This document shows positions 26,449 through 34,867 of a stretch of DNA of 48,593 nucleotides, piece by piece. The position numbers were made by a program, and so were the translations under genes. Positions within the stretch are counted from its first letter, which is position 1. Every line of letters begins with the position of its first letter. The notes below the pieces were generated by a model that worked only from the letters and a program-made list of their open reading frames with translations, had not been told where the DNA came from and ran no database searches. This DNA comes from an uncultured bacterium (GTDB lineage Bacteria > Muiribacteriota > UBA6191), in NCBI GenBank assembly GCA_964650625.1, contig CAZYUV010000001.1, forward strand, positions 1 through 48,593, written 5' to 3'.

Positions 26449-27156
26449 TTGTTAAGTATGCGTCTAATATTATTTTTTGCTATCTATGCTTCTTCACATT
26501 CTATGACAGTCAAAGATCTATTCTCTGGAAAAAATTTAATAAAAAAAATATATATTGATGAATGGCTTTCAGATCTACAATTAGTTCATGATAACTCTGA
26601 ATCCAAAAAACCAGAGATCGTAAATCAAATACAATGGAATTTAATAGAGCTTAGCCAAAGTCTACCAATTCGAATTATTTATGATCGAGGCTTATTGAGT
26701 CTTATGCAACCAAGCTTCCGCAGAAAGGACGAACCATTAGTTTTTAGAGCCAACTTAATCGCAATTACTACACACAATCTGATTAGTAAAATTAATTCGA
26801 TGAATAACTGGTTTCTACGTTCGAAAGTAGAATTCAAAGTATATGGAGATAAAGGTCAATTCACCCTGATACATTTCGTTACGCCTAAAGAATTCTACCT
26901 AAATCAATTTAATTCTGACTTTAAAGAGTTTTCTGATACTCTTTTTGGAAGATCACGCTACTCTTTGAAGTCATCAGTTAGCGATTGGTATGGTCTTCAA
27001 AGAGATTTAATATATGAAAATCATACTGGTTTATTACCCGATCCATATGAAGGTTTTAATCTAAATTTTTCGAGGATTTTTCGAACTGCTCCGGGTTCAG
27101 ACTTGCGACCATTAAACCACTCTGGGGATCAACCTCATCCATTACATATTCACTGA
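26449..27156 (+). CDS. hypothetical exported protein (3' end uncertain)
   Basis: Signal-peptide-like MRLILFFAIYASSHS. The last ~35 codons overlap an antisense 76-aa ORF and look low-complexity. Confidence 0.45.
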   Translation: MLSMRLILFFAIYASSHSMTVKDLFSGKNLIKKIYIDEWLSDLQLVHDNSESKKPEIVNQIQWNLIELSQSLPIRIIYDRGLLSLMQPSFRRKDEPLVFRANLIAITTHNLISKINSMNNWFLRSKVEFKVYGDKGQFTLIHFVTPKEFYLNQFNSDFKEFSDTLFGRSRYSLKSSVSDWYGLQRDLIYENHTGLLPDPYEGFNLNFSRIFRTAPGSDLRPLNHSGDQPHPLHIH

Positions 27157-27441
27157 TATCTTTTGAACCTATCTTTACTTTATTGCGTAAAATTCTAAAA
27201 ATTAAGATCGGAACCAAACTACCTGCCATGAGCAAGGCACCGGTTTTTAGATATGGGGTAATTTCCAGAAGTAATGGACTCACCAAAAAAGAATACCAAA
27301 AATTCTCACTTATAGCAGCTTTTTTGTCAGACTACACAAAAAATGCTGATCAAAAATTCTTACTGCGAAATCATAAAAAATCATTTAATTATAATGCAGT
27401 TTAGTACATACGATATTCTTTAATATTTGATCTAGTTAATG

Positions 27442-27469
27442 CCCTTGAGTTTTATACTAAGGGTTTTTA
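27442..27469 (+). terminator. weak candidate intrinsic terminator
   Basis: CCCTT(G)...(T)AAGGG stem at 27442-27463 followed by TTTTTATTT. The T-run contains the stop codon of the convergent TPR gene. The stem is only 5-6 bp. Confidence 0.25.
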
Positions 27470-28585
27470 TTTGGAGCTGAATCTATCGAACTTTTTAAGC
27501 CTAGTACTATTATCAAGTGTTCGTCTTTTACGACCTTTACCATCCAAAAACTTGAAAAAATAAAAATGGTCACCACCTGATTCGCGAGCTTCTTGAATAA
27601 TATGCGAACGTTTCCTAAAAAACGCTGCATTCTTTTTAGCATTACTGTATGCAGGATTACCCGACAAAGCTTTGGCATATTGTATGCCGGCATTAAGCTC
27701 TTCATCACTAAACTTTTCCATTACTGCTAAGTTGTTATGAAAAACAGGATGTCTTTCAAGAACAACGGCTTTTCGTAAGTGATATTTAGCTCTTTCGACT
27801 TGCTTTACTTCAAAATAAAAATTAGCAATATTACTATGAATGGATGCATCATCATAATCTAACTCAAGAGCTCTGCTAAAATGCTTGTAAGCTTCATTAA
27901 ACTCTCTCTGCAGCATATACAAATTTCCCAAATTATTATGTGCCGTTGTAAAATGAGAATCAATCGCTAATGATCTCAAATATAAGACTCGTGCTTCTCT
28001 TAGCCTTTTTTTATCGTAAAAAATGTTAGCGTAGTTATTAAGACTGACTACATCATTTGGATTCAATGCAAGAGCTTTTTCATAATATTGCATAGCTATT
28101 TCGTCTTCTGCTAATTCGTAATTAGCTGCTGCTATCGAAGAACACGGTTGAAAATGATTGGGGTGATACTTTTCTGCCAATTCATAGTAGTGTAGAGCTC
28201 CTCGAAACTCTCTTCTGGCAGAATATACATCACCGATACCTATAAGAGCATTTAAATTATAAGGGTCGATATGTAATGCTTTACCATAATATCCCTCGGA
28301 ATCTCCATAATTTTTTTTAAAGTGGAAGAAAAGATGTCCAATTTTAGTGTAAAGCCTAGCACGTTCCTTACTATTCTCAGCGGTCTCATGCAGAGCGTTA
28401 AATGCCGAGGTGAATGCCTTACGCCATTCCCCCTGCTCCATAAAATATTCAGCTCGCTGTTCCCAATAATTTAGTTCTTCTGATTTCACTGTATTGGCTG
28501 AAATAAGATTCGAAAAAACTACGAGAAAAATGGAAAACCAAAAAATAGAAAGTCTCATGTATTTAATATCGTAGTAAGCTAACAA
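27467..28585 (-). CDS. exported TPR-repeat protein
   Basis: Multiple canonical TPR units (for example YYGKALHIDPYNLNALIGIGDVY, YYEKALALNPNDVVSLNNYANIF, HFSRALELDYDDASIHSNIANFY). Signal peptide MRLSIFWFSIFLVVFSNLISA if translation starts at ATG 28558. Confidence 0.8.
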   Translation of the reverse strand: MLAYYDIKYMRLSIFWFSIFLVVFSNLISANTVKSEELNYWEQRAEYFMEQGEWRKAFTSAFNALHETAENSKERARLYTKIGHLFFHFKKNYGDSEGYYGKALHIDPYNLNALIGIGDVYSARREFRGALHYYELAEKYHPNHFQPCSSIAAANYELAEDEIAMQYYEKALALNPNDVVSLNNYANIFYDKKRLREARVLYLRSLAIDSHFTTAHNNLGNLYMLQREFNEAYKHFSRALELDYDDASIHSNIANFYFEVKQVERAKYHLRKAVVLERHPVFHNNLAVMEKFSDEELNAGIQYAKALSGNPAYSNAKKNAAFFRKRSHIIQEARESGGDHFYFFKFLDGKGRKRRTLDNSTRLKKFDRFSSK

Positions 28586-28702
28586 TCACTTACGGGTGGC
28601 GGAAACATTTGAAATAGATTTAGTTATAAGACATACTAAAAATCAATTATTCTTACGATTTTGTGCAAAACTTATCCTAGATACGAATCTTGTAATTTGC
28701 TC

Positions 28703-28711
28703 TGATATAAT
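28703..28711 (+). promoter_or_regulatory. candidate extended -10 promoter element (TGATATAAT)
   Basis: Exact TGnTATAAT sits immediately before the TTG start predicted in the track. This implies the heptosyltransferase really starts at ATG 28739. No good -35 box is present. Confidence 0.3.
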
Positions 28712-29776
28712 TTGGTTCTTGTGTTAGATTCCGAGAAAATGCACCAATTGGTTAAAAACCATTCAACCATTGTAATACGCGTACCCAATTGGGTAGGCGA
28801 TATTGTTATGGTTACGCCAAGCCTTCGTAATTTGAAGAATACCTATCCCGAAAAACAGTTTATAGCAACAGGTAGAGCTAATTGTTTTGACGTTTTGAGG
28901 TCTAATGAAATTTTTGACGATTTCATAATTAAACCAGCCAAAAATGCAGGCATTGCTGCATACCTTAACTATATACAAGAACTACACCGTTACAACAATG
29001 TAGCCAGTTTGCTTTATACAAATTCTTTTTCTACTGCTTGGGATTTTTTTCTAGCACGTTTTCCTATACGGATGGGCTATAAAAATGAAATGCGAGAATT
29101 TGTTTTAACGCATTCTCTAGTTAAGCACAAAGAACCCATGGACCAATATTATTCTCGATTGACTCGGGCATTTGGTGCCGAAATTACAGCAACTGACTTA
29201 GAAATTAATTTTGATGAACAATCAATTCAAATATTTAATATCGTAGAAAAAAAATATCAAATTAAACAAGACGATATCATGATTGGTTTAAATCCTGGAG
29301 CCGGCTTTGGAGAAACTAGAAAATGGATCAAACATCATTTTGTTGATTTAGCTGAAATGATGGTTCAAACATTTCCTAATGTTAGATTTTTTGTCTTTGG
29401 AGGCCCTGGAGATGAAGAACGTGCCGATTTCATAAGTAAAGAAATTGGCGACAAGGCTATTAATTTGAGCCGTGAGTCACTGGGACTACATAATATTAAA
29501 CCTTTCTTTGATCGAATGCAGTTATTTGTTACGGGTGATAGCGGTTTAAGGTGGTACTCTTTGTCAATGAGCAAACCAACCGTTGTGCTTTTTGGTGCTT
29601 CTGACCCCAATCTGACCCACTGTTTCCTAGATAATTTTTATCCTGTAAGAAATGAAGTGCATTGCTCTCCATGTAAAAATCGAGTTTGTCCTACAGATTT
29701 TGCCTGTATGATCGGTCTTAAACCTAAAAAAGTACTCGATTTAATCAAAAATTTAAAAAATGAAAATGTCTGGTGA
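28712..29776 (+). CDS. glycosyltransferase family 9 (LPS heptosyltransferase)
   Basis: IVIRVPNWVGDIVMVTPSLRNLK is the GT9 N-terminal signature. C-terminal FVTGDSGLRWYSLSMSKPTVVLFGASDP is also typical. Likely start at ATG 28739. Confidence 0.85.
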   Translation: MVLVLDSEKMHQLVKNHSTIVIRVPNWVGDIVMVTPSLRNLKNTYPEKQFIATGRANCFDVLRSNEIFDDFIIKPAKNAGIAAYLNYIQELHRYNNVASLLYTNSFSTAWDFFLARFPIRMGYKNEMREFVLTHSLVKHKEPMDQYYSRLTRAFGAEITATDLEINFDEQSIQIFNIVEKKYQIKQDDIMIGLNPGAGFGETRKWIKHHFVDLAEMMVQTFPNVRFFVFGGPGDEERADFISKEIGDKAINLSRESLGLHNIKPFFDRMQLFVTGDSGLRWYSLSMSKPTVVLFGASDPNLTHCFLDNFYPVRNEVHCSPCKNRVCPTDFACMIGLKPKKVLDLIKNLKNENVW

Positions 29777-30054
29777 AAGACTTTGCCAAAACTAGGCTTG
29801 TTAATTTCAAAAATCTTTTTACAATATTTAAGAGAAAGGCAAAAGACTTATACTTAACAAATTACGTAGTCATTATTATGGGCAAAATAAGATGTAATTT
29901 AGACAAATCCGAGCGTGACCTAGACATGCAGAGTTGGATGGAAAAGAATAAACCGCTTCAACCGGTAAATATACCTAGTAATGCAGCTCATTCTAAATCA
30001 CTTAGAGAAGATTTAGATGAATTGGCTCACGATTTAACATTAGATGCTTTGTAA
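29773..30054 (+). CDS. small hypothetical protein (93 aa)
   Basis: GTG start in GTGA overlap with the heptosyltransferase stop. No motif recognised. An internal ATG (MGKIRC...) is an alternative start. Confidence 0.35.
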   Translation: MKDFAKTRLVNFKNLFTIFKRKAKDLYLTNYVVIIMGKIRCNLDKSERDLDMQSWMEKNKPLQPVNIPSNAAHSKSLREDLDELAHDLTLDAL

Positions 30055-30110
30055 GCGTGTAATCAGATAGAAGAAGTTCGCTTTAACCGCTCAAAGATAG
30101 CGAGTTAACT

Positions 30111-31064
30111 CTACTTCAAAATTAACCATTCGGGTAAATCCTTTAGGTATGTTTCTTGAATTTTTTGTACCGCACTTACCAACCCATCTTTATAATTTAA
30201 CTCCTTGCGAGTCCCCAAAATCGTCGTGGACAAACTTGCGCAGTACGTAGCGTATTTCAATGATAAAATCATATCTTTCACTTGAGGATAAAAATAAGCA
30301 AAACTTGCATGAAATACATCACCTGCACCAGTAGTGTCAGATGTGTCATTTAGTGGGATTGAAGGAATATGCACGGGTTTGTTCTTATCTTTCCACCAAA
30401 CACTACCATATTCGCCAAAGGTAATTATCAATTCACCGCGAACATCAGCGAGCAATCCCTGTAATGCAGTTTCTCTACTAATATTGGAATCTATATCTAG
30501 AATAGTTTCTGAGGCTATGAAAAAGTCAGCAAATTCTTTCATAGCATTCAATGCCGGACGATCTCTTTCGGCATCATAAATTACCAAAGTCTCAGGCTGT
30601 TTCCACTTTTTAACCTTCTGCAAATCTTCGAAACTAATTTCTGGGTCAAGTATTAGTGTTTTACAACGAGCAAAAGCTTCCTCTGGTAATGGACAGGAAA
30701 AGTTTTCCTGTTTTGATTGATAGAAAATATTCCTATTACCCGTTAATTGATCAACTACAACTAAAGCCTTTGGAGTGGTGTAATTGTTTGGTCTTTGCAC
30801 CCATCTACAGTCAACACCAAAGCGACGAAATTCTTTTAATAACAACATTCCGCCCTCATCCCAACCCAAATTGCCCACATAAGCTGAACTTCCGCCCAGC
30901 AGACTCACTATAACTGCAGAAGTTGCTGCCTGACCACCACCCGAAATCTCTTCATTTAGAATTGGATTTTTACTGCTCTTATCTTGCTTCATTTCAACTA
31001 CATAAGTGAAATCAACACATGACCTACCGAATGCAATTAAATCAAAAACTACAGTGTCTTCCAT
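30111..31064 (-). CDS. PfkB-family carbohydrate kinase (ribokinase-like)
   Basis: N-terminal GGGQAATSAV (GG dipeptide region) and C-terminal DTTGAGDVFHASFAY (PfkB signature 2). Confidence 0.85.
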   Translation of the reverse strand: MEDTVVFDLIAFGRSCVDFTYVVEMKQDKSSKNPILNEEISGGGQAATSAVIVSLLGGSSAYVGNLGWDEGGMLLLKEFRRFGVDCRWVQRPNNYTTPKALVVVDQLTGNRNIFYQSKQENFSCPLPEEAFARCKTLILDPEISFEDLQKVKKWKQPETLVIYDAERDRPALNAMKEFADFFIASETILDIDSNISRETALQGLLADVRGELIITFGEYGSVWWKDKNKPVHIPSIPLNDTSDTTGAGDVFHASFAYFYPQVKDMILSLKYATYCASLSTTILGTRKELNYKDGLVSAVQKIQETYLKDLPEWLILK

Positions 31065-31067
31065 GTT

Positions 31068-32465
31068 CTAATATGCTTCTAAACTAACTTTAAAAAAAGC
31101 TTGAGCAATTTCATTATGTCGAAAATTAGGAAATGTATGTTGTAAAAAAATAAATACGGTTTTATTTTCACCTTGAGCTAACAGTTTAAGGTCAATATCT
31201 AATTCAAGTACATTAGTATTTTGAAATACAGGATCCATATCAGAAATTAATAGATTGTTATGATTATCCCCATTTTGCACTTTCAATACTCCAGCCTCTA
31301 TTAATGAATCACGAAATTCAATAGGTAGAAACTCGTTAAAATGAATTTTCAGAGTTACATTTGTAGTATGTAAAGGAAAAGGTTTGTGAGGAGTAAAATC
31401 AAAATTTCTAAATAATTGTGTTTCTTTGTTGAGTCCCGGTTGAACAATGCTAACCAACCTGATCCAATTAACTAACTTTTTATTAATCGATGAATCTAAA
31501 GGAATATCTTCTTTAGTCATATTCTCATATGGCTCTACCTCAGAAACTATTTCCTGACTCGGATGGAACAAATGCTTCTCCCAGTCCTTAACTTGATTAG
31601 GTTCTCGATATTTAAAAGGATCGTAATTAGTGGAATATATCTCAAAATTTCCTTCATTATTAATACCCACACGATTAATATTTTCAATTAGTAAATTCTT
31701 ATTAAGCTTTCCATCAATCCTAGAGTCTATGATTGAATTCATGGAATCCATAAAACTTGAAATGTCTTTATGTCTTAAAGTTTTATATTCACTAGTTTGC
31801 TCCATCATACGTGTAGCTAAAGTTGAGTTAACTAAATCTAAGTCAGGAACATCCACTACTTGATCAAATTCACTTAAACTCCCCATTGCAACCTCTAAAA
31901 CCTTTTCTCCCTCTACAATTCTTAAACGTAATGATTGATAAGGGAATTCACCAGCAAATCGATAATGTAACTTTCCTGATGCAGTATATCGATTAAAAAT
32001 ACTGGTCTGTAACACGATACCTGAATCTGTAACTAAACTTATAATTTTGTCTGGTCCAGCAAATAAACCCTCCTCATCAGGCTCCTGTTTATTTATATCC
32101 ATTGTCGTGGAAGTTTCCAAAAAAACTGACGAACTCTCAGGAGAAGAAATAAAGTTTTGAGGTTGAGATATTAATGTAAGATTGTCTGCAGTATCTTCAT
32201 TTGAATTCAAATTCTCCGAGGATTCTAGGTATACATGCATACCACCTTCAAAAACAATGCTCGATAAACTAGACTTAGTTCCTCCGGAAAATACAGAACC
32301 CCCAGTAACTAAACCTTGAATAACAGAGTATGCATTTAATGGTGTGCTTCCTGTTATATTTCGCATTTGTTCGGTACTACAACCAACCCAGAGTAGACTA
32401 ACTAATCCAATGATTAATAATCTAAACCTAAGTCTACTAGAATTTTTTTTCGTTTCAAAAAGCAT
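31068..32465 (-). CDS. hypothetical lipoprotein
   Basis: Lipobox LLWVGC|S follows a basic/hydrophobic N-terminus. 465 aa with no catalytic motif. 3-nt gap to the kinase gene. Confidence 0.55.
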   Translation of the reverse strand: MLFETKKNSSRLRFRLLIIGLVSLLWVGCSTEQMRNITGSTPLNAYSVIQGLVTGGSVFSGGTKSSLSSIVFEGGMHVYLESSENLNSNEDTADNLTLISQPQNFISSPESSSVFLETSTTMDINKQEPDEEGLFAGPDKIISLVTDSGIVLQTSIFNRYTASGKLHYRFAGEFPYQSLRLRIVEGEKVLEVAMGSLSEFDQVVDVPDLDLVNSTLATRMMEQTSEYKTLRHKDISSFMDSMNSIIDSRIDGKLNKNLLIENINRVGINNEGNFEIYSTNYDPFKYREPNQVKDWEKHLFHPSQEIVSEVEPYENMTKEDIPLDSSINKKLVNWIRLVSIVQPGLNKETQLFRNFDFTPHKPFPLHTTNVTLKIHFNEFLPIEFRDSLIEAGVLKVQNGDNHNNLLISDMDPVFQNTNVLELDIDLKLLAQGENKTVFIFLQHTFPNFRHNEIAQAFFKVSLEAY

Positions 32466-32469
32466 AATG

Positions 32470-33288
32470 CTAAATTTTAAAGCTAACAGAAACCGTAATA
32501 TCTAAGCCGTGAAGATCTATCTCATTGCGTCCAAAAGGGTCTGCAGCAGGAAATTCTAAATCTTTAGAGAAGGTATAGTTTGCAATAAGTACCAAGGGTC
32601 TTTTAATTATTGGAACTTCGTCCCATATCTTACGGCCTATCCCTACACTCATATAAGGCAACTTCTCATTTTCAAACCTATGTCCACGAGAACTGTAATA
32701 AGATCGATAAACATGATTAGGGTGATACTTTCTTAAACCTATATTAGATTGAAAAAAATACTTTTTATTAAAATACTTTCGAAAACCTAAATTAAGGTCC
32801 CATGAACGCATTTTCATATTTCCATATGGATTCTTAAGAACTAATGGAGAGTAATTCAAACCTAATGAAACTGAGCGCTCATCCCCGAGGTCGCGAGCAT
32901 AAGATATTGTATTTGTAAGTCGTAATTTAAAATCGTAAAAATTCACAAAACCTAAACGAATTGGCCTAAACATGCTTACTCGACCCTGCTCATCTACAGA
33001 TTTTCTACTTATAGAAAGTGGATCAGAACTAAATATTTGCTTAGCACCTTTAATAAGCTTTTCCATTTTTGAGTCTTGCGAAGGAGCGAAAGAAAACTCT
33101 TTTTCTGCAACTATTTTCTTTTTTCTATTAGATTTTGTATGCGAGATTTCTGAAGAATCCAGGTTCAACCAATCATTTGCTCGTTCATAAAGTGAATCAT
33201 TTTTGGAGACCTCATCATCTACTGCTAAACAAGGAGAAATTGGTAAAAGCAATACAAAAACTAATCCCATGTTCCTGATAGTGTGCAT
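32470..33288 (-). CDS. hypothetical exported protein, small outer-membrane beta-barrel-like
   Basis: Signal peptide MGLVFVLLLPISPCLA. The C-terminal ~170 aa show alternating hydrophobic/polar strands rich in Y/G/N/R, ending ...ITVSVSFKI. Confidence 0.45.
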   Translation of the reverse strand: MHTIRNMGLVFVLLLPISPCLAVDDEVSKNDSLYERANDWLNLDSSEISHTKSNRKKKIVAEKEFSFAPSQDSKMEKLIKGAKQIFSSDPLSISRKSVDEQGRVSMFRPIRLGFVNFYDFKLRLTNTISYARDLGDERSVSLGLNYSPLVLKNPYGNMKMRSWDLNLGFRKYFNKKYFFQSNIGLRKYHPNHVYRSYYSSRGHRFENEKLPYMSVGIGRKIWDEVPIIKRPLVLIANYTFSKDLEFPAADPFGRNEIDLHGLDITVSVSFKI

Positions 33289-33351
33289 AAACTTATTCCT
33301 TTAGCCTGTTTAATCGGTATTGATTCCTAGGTATTCAATGCAATTCAAGAC

Positions 33352-33377
33352 TCTTTTTCAATCATTTGTGAAAAAGA
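33352..33377. promoter_or_regulatory. perfect 9-bp inverted repeat (TCTTTTTCA-N8-TGAAAAAGA), candidate operator
   Basis: Read directly at 33352-33360 and 33369-33377. It lies in the 138-bp divergent intergenic region, 50 nt upstream of the ATP-grasp gene start. Confidence 0.25.
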
Positions 33378-33426
33378 CAACCTTGTGCCAGAATGCAGTT
33401 AATAATCTCTCAACTGAGGAGTTCTA

Positions 33427-34824
33427 ATGTCAAAGAAAAAGACACTGACAGGCGAAAGTTTCGATCTAGCTGAAAAAAAAATGGAAGATTGGATGTTAAG
33501 CCATCCAAAAGAAATTATTAAAGAACGTACTGATTTTCTGGGAAGACTAAACAAAAAGCGTTGTAGCTATGGAGAAAATACAACATTACCAATATCTCTA
33601 GTCCCTGTTTTTCTAAAGGACTCTTCAGTTAATTTAATTGCAAATGTAGGTGAAACTTTAGACCGTGCACTTGATAAAGTGATTAATGCCTATATTGATG
33701 GTGATCAAAATGTTCGAGAGTACTTTCCTTATCCAGATATTCCAGAAGAATGGATCAAGTGGGACCCCGGATATAAGAAGCCTACGGTTATTAACAGACA
33801 TGATGCACTCTTCGATGGTGAAACATTAAAATTCATAGAATTCAATACTGACATGCCTGGAGCCCGTGGCTGGATTGGAGTTTATGAACAATTATTTAGC
33901 CAGCAATCATATTGCAAAGAGCTCATCGAGACTTACACAAACCCACAACGTCCAAATACGCTCAAAATGTTTTTAGATAGTATGTTGAGTTGTTATCGAG
34001 AAGCTGGTGGTCAGAAAAAAAACCCTCGTATTGGAATATGTAGTTTTAAGTCATATCTGGTGGGCTCCGATGCTGAAATTGTTAGAGATTATATGATAGA
34101 ACAAGGTTACGAAGCTAATTACTTGGACCCTAGGGAACTAGAGTATCGAGATGGTGGCTTATACTCAAATAACATTCAATTTGATCTCATAAATCTTGCT
34201 ATTCGCTTTCTGTTTTATAAAAGGTATCCTCGCGAATTGAAAGATTTTCTAGCGGCCATTGGAAACAAAGCCGTGATTCCTGTTAACCCTTTCAGAGCTA
34301 TTATAGGTGCACACAAAGAGGTTATGGCTTTAATGACAAATGAAGACTTTTCATATTTGTTTACTAAGGAAGAGTCGGAGTGTATTGCTAAACATGTACC
34401 ATGGACTCGTAAATTAGATGAAACTATAACTCTATCTCCGGAAGGATGTGACATATCTTTACATGACTATTTAATGAGTAATAAGAAAACAATGGTTATT
34501 AAGCCTACGGGAGGAGCTGGTGGGCAAGATGTTTATGTGGGTGCCCATACTGATGATGCAAAATGGCAGGCCGTGGTAGACCAGTGTATGGGATGCTCTT
34601 GGTGGATTGCTCAAGAAGCTTTTGAGGTACCTGAACATGATTTTTTGACATTAAGTGAAGGAAAAGTTGTTAAGGAAAAACGTAACCTTAATCTGAATCC
34701 TTATATTTTTAATGGGAAATATGCAGGTACATTGGGTAGAGCATCACGTTCAGCAGTTGTTAATGTAAGTTCTGGTGGTGGAGGCTTAATTCCCATTTTC
34801 CCACTCAAACCCGGAGTTGAATAA
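33427..34824 (+). CDS. ATP-grasp superfamily ligase (glutathione / glutathionylspermidine-synthetase-like)
   Basis: RHDALFDGETLKFIEFNTDMPGARGW resembles the R-x-D...E-x-N-(T/A)-D-x-P pre-ATP-grasp motif. MVIKPTGGAGGQDVYVG and VNVSSGGGGLIPIF are typical ATP-grasp elements. GAGGAG Shine-Dalgarno sequence upstream. Confidence 0.55.
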   Translation: MSKKKTLTGESFDLAEKKMEDWMLSHPKEIIKERTDFLGRLNKKRCSYGENTTLPISLVPVFLKDSSVNLIANVGETLDRALDKVINAYIDGDQNVREYFPYPDIPEEWIKWDPGYKKPTVINRHDALFDGETLKFIEFNTDMPGARGWIGVYEQLFSQQSYCKELIETYTNPQRPNTLKMFLDSMLSCYREAGGQKKNPRIGICSFKSYLVGSDAEIVRDYMIEQGYEANYLDPRELEYRDGGLYSNNIQFDLINLAIRFLFYKRYPRELKDFLAAIGNKAVIPVNPFRAIIGAHKEVMALMTNEDFSYLFTKEESECIAKHVPWTRKLDETITLSPEGCDISLHDYLMSNKKTMVIKPTGGAGGQDVYVGAHTDDAKWQAVVDQCMGCSWWIAQEAFEVPEHDFLTLSEGKVVKEKRNLNLNPYIFNGKYAGTLGRASRSAVVNVSSGGGGLIPIFPLKPGVE

Positions 34825-34867
34825 AGACTTTCATAATTCAACCTCTTACTAACTTTTTGGAAAAAAA

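Noticed and set aside
23707-27156. Two hypothetical exported proteins of identical length (235 aa), at 23707-24414 and 26449-27156. Possible paralogues flanking a cassette.
   Set aside because: Comparing the translations by eye shows no shared motifs. They are on opposite strands with different topologies, and only one has a C-terminal TM anchor.
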